Source: Chiloscyllium plagiosum
Taxonomy: Eukaryota
Assembly (NCBI RefSeq): GCF_004010195.1
Contig: NC_057753.1
Coordinates: 3,379,514-3,443,513, forward strand
Direction of reading: 5' to 3'
DNA: 64,000 nt
This document shows positions 24,005 to 38,205 of the stretch, in pieces. The notes under the pieces were generated by a model that was not told the DNA's origin, did no database searches, and saw only the letters and a program-made list of their open reading frames with translations. The position numbers and the translations under genes were made by a program. Within the stretch, counting starts at the first letter, position 1. Every line of letters starts with the position of its first letter.

Positions 24005-25835
24005 ATAGATTCTTAGAGTTTTGCTGACCAGAAACGGTCCCTCAGGTCAAACCAGTCAATGCCAACCATAATTCCAAGCTAAACCAGTCCCACCGGCCTG
24101 CGCTTGCGTCATATGCCTCCAGACATTCTTTATTTACACACTCATCGAAGTGTGTTTTTACTTTTGAATCTCTATCTTCATCCAGCACTGCCCGTGGAAA
24201 TGTATTTATCCATGCACCTTCAAAAGTCTATATCCCCTCACGTTAAAAATATGCCCCATAGTTTTGAGATGCCCCACCCCAGGGGAAAGACACTGCGATT
24301 CACCTTATCTATAGACATCATGATTTTATAAGGTCACCTCTCAAACTCACATATACAAGTGAAAATAAGTCCCTGCCTCTTTCCAAACCTTTCACTCCTG
24401 GCAAAATTCTGGTAATTTTTTTCTGAACCCACTCTAACTTAATAACAGCCTTCTTATAACAGGCGATAAGAACTTCATACAATAATGCAGAAGCACAAAC
24501 TCCCACACTCAGAGTTCTGACCAATAAAGGCAAGCGTGTTGAATACCCTCTTAGTCAGCCTGTTTACATGTGATGCAAATCTTGAAGAATTACGCACCCG
24601 ATCTCCTGGGTCTCTCCGTTATACAACACTGACAATTGTATATGGACTGCGCTTGTTTGCTTTGCCAAAGTGTGAGCCATTCCATTTATCCAAATTAAAC
24701 TCCATCTGCCAGTCCTCAGCCCATTGACCCAATAGATCAAGTTCTCCATGTAAACTTACATAAACTTACTCACTGTTCACGATACAGAAAATTGATGTTA
24801 TCTGCAAACCAACTAATCATAACTTGTGTCTTCTTATCTAAATCATTTAATTAAATAACAATCAAAAGCAAATCCAGCACTGACCCACATGGAACACATG
24901 GTAACAGGCCTTCTGCCTGAAACAAACATCCTCTGTCACCATTCTCTGTCAGGTGACAATTAAATCACTGATGTCGCCAATTAGCAAGCTAACACAGCTC
25001 CACATCCATATACAATTTAGCATGGTCAATGCCACCACACATGCACGTCCTTGGATTGTGGAAAGAAGCCGGACCATCAAGTAGAAAAATGGAACACATG
25101 CTTGCCCCATAGCTACAGTCACCCAAGGGTGGAAGCGAACACGCACCCCTAAGTACTGTGAGGTAGCAGTGCCAATTAAAAAGCCAGAGTCGCTGTTGAT
25201 ACTATTCAAGTGATTCGTTTGAACCCACTTGCATGATCTGAGATATACCTTTTTTATTCCTTACTGAAGCCATAATACCTTTATTAATCCATTGTTCCCT
25301 CATCCCACCTTTCACTCGAACCAGAACGTAATGACTCTGAATTCTTACACTTTCGAAAGCTACCCATTTATCAGACGTCCCCTGACCCACATGCAGTCTC
25401 ATTCAATCTATTTTTGTAAATTATTGTATCATAAGATTTGCCTTATTCAATTAAGACTTTTAATTGGTATGGAAGGCTTATTCATTTCCATAACAATTTA
25501 AAATCTAATTTAGCGTCACTTTTCTCACAGCTATCCTCATGATCACTTCAGCCACTTGCACTGCCAGATTACCGAAGATAAGATCAATTTTTTTCTCCTT
25601 CTCCCGTCGGAATGCTTGCATATTAATAAAGTTAATTTCTGGAACACATTTACCAAATTCTTCCCCATCAAAACCTTTAATACAATGGTACTCGCAGTCA
25701 ATGTTTGGAATAATAACTTGACCCACTATTACAACCTTATTATTCTTACCCATATCGGAAATCTTTTTGAATATTTGTTCCTCGAATTCCCTCTGACTGT
25801 GTTGAGGGGTAGTGGTGGTGTCAGTGATGGGGGGG
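24005..25835 (-). mobile_element. Old CR1 LINE fragments interrupted by an HE1-like SINE (about 24970-25190)
   Basis: KLEWVQKKITRILPG and NKVVIVG...PNIDC...GEEFGKCV remnants. SINE head reverse complement (ctgtgaggtagcagtgc). Confidence 0.8.
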
Positions 25836-26339
25836 CGGTGGTTGTGGGACAAGCAGCAAGAGTATTTTTTCCATGCACTGTTATCCATCACTACACGCGG
25901 AAATTGGTGACTGCAGCTTCAAACTGTGGACTCCTGTCTATCTGTGGGATGCAACGTCAACCATCCTCGGCCAAATCTCTCAATTCATTGACGACAGGCT
26001 CAGGAAAACACAGGCGGTTTATCTTCGATTTATGCATTCATGAATGAGAATGCCTTGTGGGCAAATGCATCATTGTTGACCTCAGCAGAGTGAAACCTCA
26101 GCAAAGTGTAATCAACGGCGAGTGATGTACTGATTAACTACTTTTTGAAATTTGATTCAAACTGGACACTCAATTTAATATATATTCTATGTTCAGTCTG
26201 TAGCCTTAAAGTCAGATGAGGAAAGTAAGTAAAGTAGCTCAATGAAAGAATGTAGCTGTCTGATTCTGGCTGTTCCACTTTAGTCACTTTGACTTCTTTC
26301 TCGAAAAGAGGTCGTTGTACTAGTTACTGAATGCAGCAG

Positions 26340-26635
26340 GTGAAAGTGAGGGCTGCAGATGCTGAAGATGAGAGTCCGGAGTGTGGCGCTGGAAAAGCTC
26401 ATAAGGTCAGGCAGCATCCGAGGAGTTGGAGAATCGATGATTCGCGCAAACGTCCTTGATCAGGAATAATGCTGGGAGCCTAGGGATGGGGAGATAAATG
26501 GGAAGGAATGGGGCAAAGGGGAAGGAAGCTGAGAGTGTGATAGGTGGACGGAGGTGGGGGTAATGGTGATAGGTCAGAGGGGAGGGTGGAGCGAATAGGT
26601 GGGAAGGAAGATGGACAGGTAGGATAAGTCATGAA
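26340..26635 (-). mobile_element. Penelope pseudo-LTR fragment with a degenerate hammerhead motif
   Basis: gaaagtgagggctgcagatgctg...gcagcatccgaggag followed by a purine-rich tract; reverse complement of the 33480-33730 type sequence. Confidence 0.75.
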
Positions 26636-26639
26636 CCTG

Positions 26640-28590
26640 ATGTTTATATGTGAGCCAGGGCTCCCTAATTGGACCCGGTTAACAGCCCCAGTCAGGCACT
26701 TCATATTCTATGGCCTGGCTATCCCGTTCCAATTACCATATCCAATTACTAAGTCCAGAGATGTAGGCCCATTCTGTTTCTTGTCGCCTCCTCTGGCGCA
26801 TTTCCACATAAAGTCCAGTTCCTTTCACTCAGCCTCTGGATACTGGCGTGTGGACCAGACTCTAGCCTGATCCTTATGCCTGGTGTGTCTCGGAAGAGAT
26901 CTATTTCCTTCAGGCGGTAACAGTGTTGAGTCTGCCATTTTCATCTCTTCCTGAGATGTTTCTTTAACGCGATGAGGAGGTTGAGAACCCATGGATTGTG
27001 ACAACCTTACTGCATGTTCTGAGAGGTTGCACTATGTCTTGCTCTATCCCTACTTCCGAGTTTGCAGCTTTCTTGTGGTCCACGTGCATGTTCAGAACCG
27101 CCTCTCCTATCTCTTCTGGTACTGTTTGATACCATTTCCAAGGCTGAAATTTTGCAATCACAAATGCAAGTTTGCCAGGATGAAGTTATGTACGAAGTTT
27201 CTGTAATACATTACCAATTCAAGAAAGACCTTAACTACCAGAGGCGTGGAAGCCACGGTACATGTAATTGCTCTCACTTTATTTTCCAACCTGTTATATC
27301 CTGGTTCTCTTGACTCTGTAGCCCAAGTAGGTGACATGTGGTGCCTTTAAGATACTTTCTTTTAACTCCTAAGTCTACAACGTATTGGAGAAACGTTAAG
27401 AACTGTATCCAGGTTATCTAAGTGATCAGTATTGGTCTTACAGTTTATTAGCACGATATCCACATAAGCGGTGACCTGGGAGAGTTCTTGTAAAATGTTT
27501 TCCATCGTCAGCTTTAAAGTGACGATACCCGCAAAGGCATTCTTGATTAAAGGTACAAGCCCTCATGGGTATTAATTGTAGCATACTTTTCGGAATCCTC
27601 ATTCAGCTACAATTGCAGGTATGCATGGAGCATATCCAGCTTCTTGAAGGACACTCCACCGCCATTTTTTGTAGTCAATTCCGGTATTCAAAGGATTGAG
27701 TATTTAACCATCTGTGAAAAGTGTGTTGCTGTGTCTTTTAAGTCCCTACAAACGTGAACCAAGCCACCGGGTATCAGAATTGTTACGAACAGTGATGCCC
27801 ATTTTGCAAGCTGGCCTGGTTTTATGATTCCTTCACTTTACACCCTCCTCATTTCTGCGTCTACTTTTTCATTTCAGACAAGGGGCGCTGAGCGGATCTC
27901 ACAGATTTGCAGAATTTCTTCCCAGTCAACATGTAAGGTGCCTTTATTTCCTTTGGTAGTGCTTAGATCATCCTGAACATCTTTTGAGCATTTAATTAGA
28001 GCCATTTTCTAATTGAAAAATGCTAAGCCAATTAATTTGAATCTCTGTCATTCAATTTCGCCACATCCAGCTTTATACTACAATCAGTGATAACTGACCC
28101 AGCTGCTTCTCATAATAAACTTGAGTGAAGTTGTATCCTTAATTTAACTGTTCCAAACAAGCCATCCATGGATTTTCCAGGAGGTGCGTCTTCCTCGATC
28201 CGGGCGTAAGAGTTCTCTTAGTCAATTTTAGACGAGTGGTACTCTTTTGCTGTCGTGTATCTACATACAGGAAACAACTCCATTAGCCTGCCGGCCTGGA
28301 AACTGAAGAAAATGTTAACTTTTTGGCCGAGACTTGGCTTTGCTTTGGGTTCTTCTGTGGGTTGACCCAGAGTTCCTCTTTTCAGGTTATATCCTCAATG
28401 AGTCAATGCTTTTTGCCTTCTCTCAAGTGGTCTTCGCCAAGCTCAGGGAGACTGGCGAGGATATGCATTTCTGTTGGGATACCTTACAAGTCACATGCTT
28501 AACTTGCCAAATTTTCCGATGGTAAAGATAGTTGTAGTACTTTTTGAAAACCAATTGGGCCTTTTGCTAGTAGGTGCTATTGCATCGTAA
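26640..28590 (-). mobile_element. Heavily deleted Gypsy LTR retrotransposon (partial 3' LTR, integrase, RT, gag remnants)
   Basis: Minus-strand remnants ENILQELSQVTAYVDI (RT), LRSFLxLVMYYRNFV and LNMHVD (integrase start). LTR-like sequence at 26640-26740. Confidence 0.75.
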
Positions 28591-28604
28591 CATCATTAAT
28601 CCCA

Positions 28605-28990
28605 CATACCAAACGTTCTCTCAGTACATAAGATGTCCTTCAGTCCATCGAATCCGAATCTCTAATCATCGCGTTTTCCAGCACTATGGCTCAGCCTTAA
28701 CTGTTATGAGGTAGTTAGGTTACCCACCTCAATTGCAATTCCAAGTGATGTATTCCATACCGAACCACCTTCTGAGTGAAAAGAAAGAATCTGCAATTCT
28801 CCTCTCCACATCCTTCCTTCCATCGAAAAACTGTGCAAACTGTGTTTGCAATCTTCATCTGAGTGGAACAGCAGCATTCTATCAAAGCTGTCCATGTCCC
28901 ATCAAAATCATACAGGTCTCTATGAAGTACCCTTCGACCTTCTCGACTCCAAAGAGCTTATTCATAGCTCAAGCAATCCATCCCAAAAAG
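28605..28990 (-). mobile_element. CR1 3' fragment
   Basis: Minus strand resembles the CR1 ORF2 end (...VWNTSL...) and 3' UTR. Confidence 0.6.
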
Positions 28991-29009
28991 CCCTCGTATG
29001 GTGCCTACC

Positions 29010-29335
29010 AATACGGTGTCTCAGTGGTTAACACTGCTGCCTTTTATTGTCAAGTTACTAGGTTTGATTCTACCCTCAGGATGATATTTGTGTAGAGTTT
29101 GCTTGCTCTCATCGTGTTTGCGTGGGTCTCTTCCATCAGTCCAGAAATTTGCAGGTTCGTTGGTTTGGCCATGCTAATCTGTCGGCTGTATGCACGCTAG
29201 GTGGTTCAGCTTCATCATATGTGGGGTAACAGGGATAATGTGCGGGGGTTGAGTCTGGATGGAAGACTCTTTGGATGGTTGGCGTGGACACACTGAGCCG
29301 AATGGCTTGCTTCCACAATGTCGGATTTCTTTGAT
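29010..29335 (+). mobile_element. HE1-like V-SINE, near full length, diverged
   Basis: tRNA-like head (cggtgtctcagtggttaacactgctgcc...ggtttgattc), V-domain-like tgtgtagagtttgc...gcgtggg, LINE-derived tail. Confidence 0.8.
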
Positions 29336-32300
29336 CGCTAACATAATACGGTTCTGATTTTATGGAAAGGTGGTCATGTGATTTCCTTAATATGTTATGA
29401 TGGGACTCTCTCTTTACGTGAATATGCACTTGCATCTTATCTTTTTTACTTACATTGGGATTTCCTGGATAGTCTGGATGTTAAAAGATTGAGTTGATCA
29501 ATTGCACTTAGAAAAGCGACACTCCATTTTGGCTTGCTTATTTGGCTATTGCATCTTCATTAAGTCTAAACTACACAACACTTCATTTCCTGTAAACAGT
29601 GTGTCTAACGGCTCAATGTGAGAGATTCCTGACCACTCAACTTTGTCTTTAAAACACAGAACATACAATAGTCCAGGACAGAACTGAACCTTCGGTCCTC
29701 GATGTTGTGTAGACCTTTCATCCTACTTTAAGATCAAACTAACCGACATACGTTACATTTTACTATCATCCATGTGCCTATCCAAGAATCGATTAAATAT
29801 CCCTAATGTAACGGACTCTGCTACCACAGCTGGCAGTGCATTCCACTCACCCACCAAGCTCTGTGTAAATAAAATAAAAAAACACCTCTGATATCTACCC
29901 TTAACATTCTTCGAATCACCTTAGATTTGTGTACCCTTCTGATAGCCATTTCCGCACTGGGAAACAGCCTCTGACTGTCCGTTCTATCTTTGCCTCGCAT
30001 CATCTTGTCCACATCGCTCAAGTCACCTTTCTATCCTTCTTTGCTCCAATGAGAAAGCCCCTAGCTCCTGCAACCTTTCTTTGTAAGACATGCTCTCCAG
30101 TCTAGACAGCTTTCTGCAAAATATTCCCTGCACACTCTCAAAAAATTCCACACCATTCCCACAATAAAGCGACCAGAACTGAACATAATATACCAAGTGT
30201 GGTCTAACTAGGGCTTTATATATCCACGGAACAATCTCGTGATTCCTAAAATCAATCCCCCTGCTAATTAAAGGCAACACACTGTACGCCTTTTTTCCAA
30301 CACCATCACTTTGTGGGATCTATGTACGTGGACCTCAAAATCTATCTGTTCCTCCAAACTGCCGAGATTCCTTTAATCTGCAGCATTCAAATTTGACATT
30401 CCAAATGACTTACTTTACACTTTTCCACTGTTGAAATTCATTGGACACTTCGCGACCAACACGATCCACAACTTCACCAAGCTACATGTCATGGAAACTT
30501 ACTGACTTACACTTACACTTTCTCATCCAAGTCATTTATAAAAATCACGAAAAGCTCATGTCCCAGAACAGATGCCTGCGGAACACTATTGGTCACCGTG
30601 CTTGAGGCTGAATAATTTGCATTTTCGATCGCCCTCTGTCTTTTCTGAGCCAACCATTTCTTTATTCACACAGCCAAACGTCCTTGCATCCCATTTTTTG
30701 AGTGAGCCTACCATGGGGAAACTTATCAAACTCCTTGCTATTATCCATGTACGCCACATCCATTCTTCTACCTTCATCAATATGATTCGTTACAACATCA
30801 ATAGGGCCTCTGAGGCATCACATGCGCCTCACAAATCAATGCTGACTGTGTGTAATCAAACTATGCATTTCCAAATTATGATAAAGTCTGTCTTTCAGAA
30901 TCCTTTCCAATAATATACTCACCACCAACGTAAGACCAATGTTTGGTCTGTGATTCCCAGGATTATCCCGATGTCCTTTCCTGAACAAGTGAATCACATT
31001 TGACATCCTCAAACATCTGGTCCTCCGCTGTAAAGATCATCGCCAAAGACGCAGCAATCTTTTCCCTCCCTCCCAGTAGTGAAATTGGACAGATCCTGCA
31101 TGACCTAGGGGTTTCAACTATGCTTCTGTTTATCAAAATTTCCAGAACATCCTCCTTCTTGATATCAACATGTCCGAGGCTATCAACATGTTACACACTG
31201 TCGCCACAAAACACAAGGTCCCTCTGAGTAGTGAATACGGAAGCAAACGTTTCATTAAGGACCTTCACTATCTCATCCGAATTAGGCACACGTTCTCCCC
31301 ACTATCCCTGATCAGCCCTACCCTCACTCTAGCCATCCTCTTTTTCCTAGCATAAGTGTAGAATGCACTGGGGTATTAATTAATCATACCCTCCAAGGCC
31401 TTTTGAAGCCTCATTTCTAACTCTTCTAAGTCAATTATTCTGTTCATTCCTGGCTATCTTGTAAAACTCTAGAGCCCTGTCTGATCCTTGCTCCCTTAAT
31501 CTTAAATAAGCTTCACTCTTACTCTTAACTGGATGGTATGAATGCTTGTTATCCAATGTTCCTTCACTGTATCATCCCTTCCTTGCCTCAGTGGGACAAA
31601 CCGATCGAACACTCATAACAGTTACTCCCGAAACATGTTCCACATTTCTGCCGTGCATTTCCATAAGAATATCTGTTCCCAACTCATGTCTCACAGTTCC
31701 TGTCTAATAATGTTGTAATTCTGTCTCCCCCAATTAAATGCTTTCCCATACTTTCTGTTCCTATCCCTCTCCATGGCTATACTAAACGTCAGTGAGTTGT
31801 AATCACTATCACCTAATTGCGATCCCACCATGAGATATGACAGCTGACCATGTTCTGTGCCAAGCAACAAATCTAATATTGCGTCCCATGTAGTCGGCTT
31901 ATCTACATGTTGTGCCAGGAATTTTTCCTGGTCACACCTGACAAAACCTGCTCCATCCAAACTACTTGCATTAACGAGGTTCCAATCAATATTAGGGAAG
32001 TTGAAGTCACCCATGACAACAACCCTGTTACTACTGCACCTTCCCAAAATCTGCCTCACAATTTGGTCCCTCCATGTTTCTGTTCCTATTGTGGCGTCTA
32101 TAGAAAGCTCCGATTAAGGTAACTCCTCCTTTCATTTGTCTGACTTCCACACATAATGATTCAGTGGACAAACCCTCTTCGACGACCTCGCTTTCTGCAG
32201 CTGTTAGACTATCCGTAGTTAGCATTGCTACTAGGAGAAGGTGAGGACTACAGATGCTGGAGACCAGAGTTGAAAAGTGTGGTGCTGGAAAAGTGCAGCA

Positions 32301-33541
32301 GGTCAGTCAGCATCCGAGGAAAGAGGGCGGTGCTGAATCCGGGAGTTGGGACTGAGATAAGGTGGGGGGAGGGGAAATGAGGAAGCTGGAGAACTCTACA
32401 TTCATCCCGTGTGGTTGAAGGCTTCCTAGGCAGAAAATGAGGCGCTCTTCCTCCAGGTGTCGTGTGGCCTCCCTCCCCTTCCTAGACCTCTCCATTTCTA
32501 TCTCGGGTGACCGACTCAAAACAGACATTTACTACAAACCGACCAAATCTCACAGCTACCTAGATTACACCTCCTCCCATCCTGCCCCCTGTAAAAACGC
32601 ATCCCATATTCCCAATTCCTTCGCCTCCGCCGCATCTGCTCCCAGGAGGACCAATACCACTACCGAACAACCCAGATGGCCTCCTTCTTCAAAGACCGCA
32701 ATTTTCCCTCCGACATGGTCGATGATGCTCTCCACCGCATCTCCTCCACTTCCCGCACCTCCGCCCATGAACCCCGACCGTCCAATCGCCACCAGGACAG
32801 AACCCCACTGGTCCTCACCTACCACCCCACCAACCTTCAGATACATCGTATCATCCTTCATCATTTCCGCCACCTCCAAACAGACCCCACCACTAGGGAT
32901 ATATTTCCCTCCCCACCGCATCAGCGTTCCAGAGAGACCATTCCTTCCGCGACTCCCTCGTCAGGTCCACATTTCCCACCAACCCAACCTCCACTCCTGG
33001 CACCTTCCCCTGCAACCGCAAGAAATGCAAAACTTGCGCCCACACCTCCCCCTCAGGTCCCTCCAAGGCCCCAAGGGATCCATCCATATCCATCACAAAT
33101 TCACCTGCACCTCCTTACACATCATTTACTGTATCCGCTGCACCCAATGTGGTCTCCTCTACATTGGTGAGACAGGCTGCTTACTTGTGGAACGTTTCAG
33201 GGAACACCTCTAGGACACCCGCACCAACCAACCCAACCGCCCCGTGGCTGAACACTTTAACTCCCCCTCCCACTCCGCTAAGGACATGCAGGTGCTTTGC
33301 CTCCTCCATCGCCAGACCCTGGCCACATGGCGCCTGGAGGAAGAGCACCTCATCTTCCGCCTAGGAACCCTCCAACCACACGGGATGAATGTAGATTTCT
33401 CCAGCTTTCCCATTTCCCCTCCCCCCACCTTATCTCAGTCCCAACCCCCGGATTCGGCACCGCCCTCTTGACCTGCAATCTTCTTCCTGGCCTATCACCC
33501 TCACCTCCTTCCACCTATCGTATTCCCAGCGCACCGTCACC

Positions 33542-33604
33542 NNNNNNNNNNNNNNNNNNNNNNNNNNNNNNNNNNNNNNNNNNNNNNNNNNNNNNNNNNN
33601 NNNN
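33542..33604. other. Assembly gap (63 N)
   Basis: Run of n inside the pyrimidine-rich Penelope tail. Confidence 1.
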
Positions 33605-33634
33605 TTATCTCAGCCCGCTTGGCACACCAGCCTC

Positions 33635-33670
33635 ATTCCTGAAGAAGGGCTTGTGCCTGAAACGTCGATT
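33635..33670 (+). ncRNA. Minimal hammerhead ribozyme motif in the Penelope pseudo-LTR
   Basis: attc-CTGAAGA-agggc-ttgt-gcct-GAAAC-GTC-gatt: intact core, short stem II, GUC triplet, weak stem I. Confidence 0.7.
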
Positions 33671-36409
33671 TTCCTGCTCCTCGGATGCTGACTGACCTGC
33701 TGCACTTTTCCAGAACCACACTTTTCAACTTAGCATTGCTACTACCCCACCCCTTTACTGGCCTCCCTATTCTTTTTGAAATATCTAAATACCAGAACAG
33801 CCATAAACTGTTCCTGCCACTGTGATGTCCAGGTCTCCGTAATGGCCATAACATTGTAGATCCAAGTGCTGATACATTCAAAAAAATTCATTACACTTAT
33901 TCCTGACACTTCTTATGCTAAAATAGACACACTTGAAACCATCACTCTGACTGCAAATATGCCCTATCAGTTGTCTATTGTTCCTCACAGACTCTAGGCA
34001 CGCTGTAGTTTTCTCTTCACCAGCTACCATATCCTCTAATCCATAGCTCGGGTTCCCACCCTCCTGCCAAACTCGATTAAATCCTACCGAATAGCTCAAG
34101 CAGACCTCCCTTTCAGGATATTTGAACCAGTCCTGTCGAGGTGCAAACCGTCCTCCTGGTATAGTTCCTACCTTCTTCAGTAAATATCCCAATGATCCAC
34201 ATATCTGAAGACCTTCCTTCGACACCTGCTCTGCTGTCACATGGTCAGTTGCATTCGTTCTCTGTTCCAAGCCTCATAAGCCCGTGGCACCCATAGCAAT
34301 CCTCAGATGACTACTCTGCTCGTCCTGCCTTTTAGCTTGCAAACTAACTCCCAATATTCACTTTCAGGTTCTCATCCCTCTTCCTAGCTATTTTTTAAGA
34401 ATCCTGTAGACTCAATCAGAGACAGCCCTGACCGTGGCACCAGGGAGGCAACATGCCATCCGAAACTCTCATTCTCAATCAAAAAAATCTCCTGTCTGTT
34501 CCTCTAACCGTTGAATCTCCTTTCACTATCGCTCTCCTATTCACCCCTTTCCTTTCTGAATCACAGAACTAGGCTCACTGCCGGACACCTGGCGTCTATG
34601 GCTGTCCCTTTCAAAGATACCACTGTGCTAACACCCTCCCCAACATTATGGAAAACTGGATACTTGTCAGCGACGGGGATCCCTGCAATGGCTGCCTATT
34701 CCCTTTCCCTCTCCTGACGGTCACCCAGCTACCTTTATGCTGTAAATTAGATTTGACTACCTCCAAATAACTCCTTTCTATCACCCCCTCAGCTTCCGGA
34801 ATCATCCAAAGATCATACATCTCCAGTTACCAAACGCAGTCTGTGAGGACTGGGAGATGTGTGCACTTGCCACATATGAAGTCAGCAGAGACACGAATGA
34901 TAACCTTTATCTCCTAAATCCTGCAAGACGAGCATGCAAGTGCCCTAGCTTCGATCCCAACCGCTCCAAATTATCAAAAGTAATAAAACAAAACATAACC
35001 TCAGCAACTGTCCACACAGATTCTTCTTTTTAATTCAAGGAGGAGGACGAGCGGGAGGCACTACACGTGCACTTGTTGGTGTTTAACGTTTGACAAGGTT
35101 CTGCATGGCAGGCAGGGATTCAGGGTGCTCTTGTCAATTTTATATAAAATTGGCTTAATGTCAGGAGACAGAGTATTGGGGATAGATGTCAAAGAACATC
35201 CTCGAATTCTGTGTTCATATGTGCAATCTATCTGTATTTCCAGCTCTTTACCACGCACGCTGGAGAGGCCAGAGAACAGCCCGAATCTGGCCTTTAGGTG
35301 GGACCCAGTCACTGTCTTAATTCCAGCTCAAATCAGAAGACAATGAAGCTCTGAAGTCCCAGTGGGATACAACATTTTAATGTATTTTTTTCATTACAGT
35401 AAGTGCATGCATCATTGCTATTATTCTTTCTCCCTTAATGTATGCATCCAAACCTGTGAAACACCTGATCAATAATGGATACAATTGTGGACAGCCCCAT
35501 GATCTCATGATGTTTGTCAGACATATTAATAATCAGGCATTAGGATCTAACAATGCATCCCAACAATTTGTTTTCCATAGTTAAAGACTATTCACTTTTC
35601 CAAATATTTCCCAGAATTGCCTATGTCCACGGGCTGCTGGAATTCTATTATTCATTTTGTTCATCGCTATCACCAGCAAGTTCTCTTTCTTATCTAATGT
35701 TTAGCACTGTTGCAATCACAGAAGATACAACAGGAAGTCAGTCTTTATTCATTGTTTAAACATTCCTAGTATTAGTTCAAGTATAAAGTTAGTAAAATGT
35801 AGTTTCATGTTTAGAACTGTTGTTACAACACTTTAGCTAATGAACAGTTTCTGCCTACCTGACCAGGTAGTCATTGCCTCTGTATCTTGCAGCTGCATTA
35901 TGGATCATTCTCGTCACATGCTGTCTTCGGAGATGAAAATTACTATCCCTACCACGACTAACATTGTTTTTTGCGAAAAAGGCAACATATTTTTCACTGA
36001 TAAGGCTAGAACTCAATCACATTCACGGCTCAAAGAACTTGTCTGATCTCATAGATTTTTACGATCCGTAATCCCACCCTCATCACTTGTCTGTCGTCGT
36101 TGTCGTATTCTACTATTTTTAATATCTTCGACCAACGTCAGGCTGTCTGTTCTCACACATCTCTTATTCAACTGTCTCCTGTACTGATCTGCAACTGTTG
36201 TTTTTACAGAACTACCTGTACATTAATTTGTAAGATTTTGATCAAAAAAGACTCTGTTACCTTGGGATAAACCCTTTCAAAGCTACCACTCTGCTAACAC
36301 ATAGGCTCACTTTAGTGCTGTGTCAGACATGTATATTCTGTTACTGCAGCCATATCTATGCCAAAGGGATATTGTGCCACCTCTGAGCAGGGGCTGCGTC
36401 GACAGAGCA

Positions 36410-37320
36410 AATGATAGTAGAGGATTGTTTTTTAAACGTGAGTCCTGTGACTAGCAATGTTCAATGGGGATCAATGCTAAGTCCACCGTTGTCATTTATA
36501 GAAATGATTTAGATGAGAATTTAGAAGGCATGGTCAGTAAGTCCGCAGATGACATCAGAACTGTAATACCATGAACGACGATGAAGGTAATTTAAGATGA
36601 CTAAACGATCATGATCATTTGGACCAAGGAACTGGACAGTTGCAAAGATCGTTTAATTTGGATAAACGTGAGGTATCGCAATTTGTTAATGAGCAGAATT
36701 TAGGGAATTACAAATAGGACCTTAAGTGGTGTTGTACAACAGAGAGACTTTGGTGCTCAGTTACGTAACATTTTCAAGTGTGAGTCATAATGGATATGGT
36801 GGTCAAGAAGGTGTTTACCATGCTTGCATTCATTGTTCAGAACTTTAAGTTACGGTTTGGGACGCGACGTTGAGATTGATCAAGACGTGAGTGAGGCCTC
36901 TTCTGGAGTACTGGGTCCAGTCAGGTCGCCCTATTTTAGGAAGGATATTGTAAATCTGGAGTATGTTCAGATGTTAAGGATCCTTCTGGGCAGGGAGGGT
37001 TTCAGTTGCAAATAGATGCTGAATAGGCTGGGACATTTTTCACTGGTTGATGGGTGACTTTATAAAGTTTACAAAATCATGTGGCTTATAATGAAGGCGA
37101 ACGGTAGGTTTCTGTTCCAATGCAGTAGATTTTCAAAACTGAGGCATATTTTTGTAGTGAAACAGAAAGTTTTCTTTAAAAAGAGTTCAGAGGCATTTAT
37201 TTTTTTAAAGACAGAGTGTGGTTCATGTTTGGAGATAAAGTGGTGGATACGGGTACAATTGCAATTTAAAAGGCAATTAGATAAGTAATTGAGTTGGACA
37301 AGTTATGAGGGACTATTGCA
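36410..37320 (+). mobile_element. Old CR1 RT and 3' fragment
   Basis: Remnants of PVTSxVxxGSML, SKxADD and SPYFRKDIVNLEYVQ. Confidence 0.8.
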
Positions 37321-37329
37321 AAGCGCAGC

Positions 37330-38205
37330 CAGATGGGTCTAGATTTGTTCGGCACGTGGATAGTGCTGAAGAATGTTGTGTGCTACAGAGGGACATCGAT
37401 ATGCAAATGAGTTTAATGAGGAAATGTGTGATGACGTTCACTTCAGAAGAAGTAAAAGGAATGCAGAGTACTGGGCAAATGGTAAGATTCTTGGCAGTGT
37501 TGATGAAGAGAGAGATCTCAGTGTCCTGGCGCATAAATCCCTGAAAGTTGACAGCCAGGTTAATAGGGTCGTTTTGAAGGTATATACTTTGTTGACATTT
37601 ATTGGCAGGGGAATTGAGTTTCGGAGCCACGAGATCATGCTTCAGCTGTGCAAGGCATTGGCAATTCCACACCTGGAGTATTGCGTGCAGTTCTGGTCTC
37701 CACATGATAGGAAGGATGTGGACGCTTGGGAAAGGGTTCAGAGGAGATTCACGAGGGCGTTGCCTGGTATGGAAAGAAGATCTTACGAGGCAAGGCTGAC
37801 GGAACTGAGACTGTTTTCGTTGGAGAGAAAACGTTGAGAGATGACTTAATCGAAATATATAAGCTGATGAGATGTTTAGATAGGGCGGAGATTGAGAGCC
37901 TTTTCCCTTAGATGTTGAAGGCTAACACGAGGGGACATATCTTTAAATTGAGGGGTTATAGATTTAGGACAGATATTCGGGGGAGTTTCTACACTCAGAG
38001 AGTCGTAGGAGTGTGGAACGGCCTGCCTGCAATAGTTCTAGACTCGCCGACAGTAAGGGCATTCAAATGGGCATTGGATATACATATGGATAATATTGAT
38101 ATGGTGTAGGATAGATGGGCACCATATATTTTCACAGGTCGGCGCAACTTCGAGGGGCGAAGAGCCTATACTGCGCTATAACGTTCTATGTTTTATGTTC
38201 TATAG
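37330..38205 (+). mobile_element. CR1 3' fragment nested in the older CR1
   Basis: PHLEYCVQFWSPHDRKDV and FYTQRVVGVWNGLP. Tail (ttctatg)n, similar to the element at 276-1980. Confidence 0.9.

Larger units (their letters stand above)
32234..33729 (+). mobile_element. Penelope-like element with an inverted 5' segment, nested in CR1
   Basis: LPFLD, YYKPT, IYCIRCTQCGLLYIGETG (GIY-YIG). 32234-32468 is the reverse complement of 3' sequences. 15-bp TSD ttagcattgctacta at 32219-32233 and 33730-33744. Confidence 0.95.
29655..35345 (-). mobile_element. Near full-length decayed CR1 LINE (5' UTR, ORF1, endonuclease, RT, 3' UTR) with a nested Penelope element
   Basis: ORF1-like SWVTVRRGKG and CCLPGA (esterase-type). 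Endonuclease VVVMGDFNFPNIDW. RT-end LVRPHLVYYVQFWS. Confidence 0.88.

Noticed and set aside
29010..29090. tRNA gene
   Set aside because: It is a degenerate SINE head followed by SINE body and tail; no intact cloverleaf.
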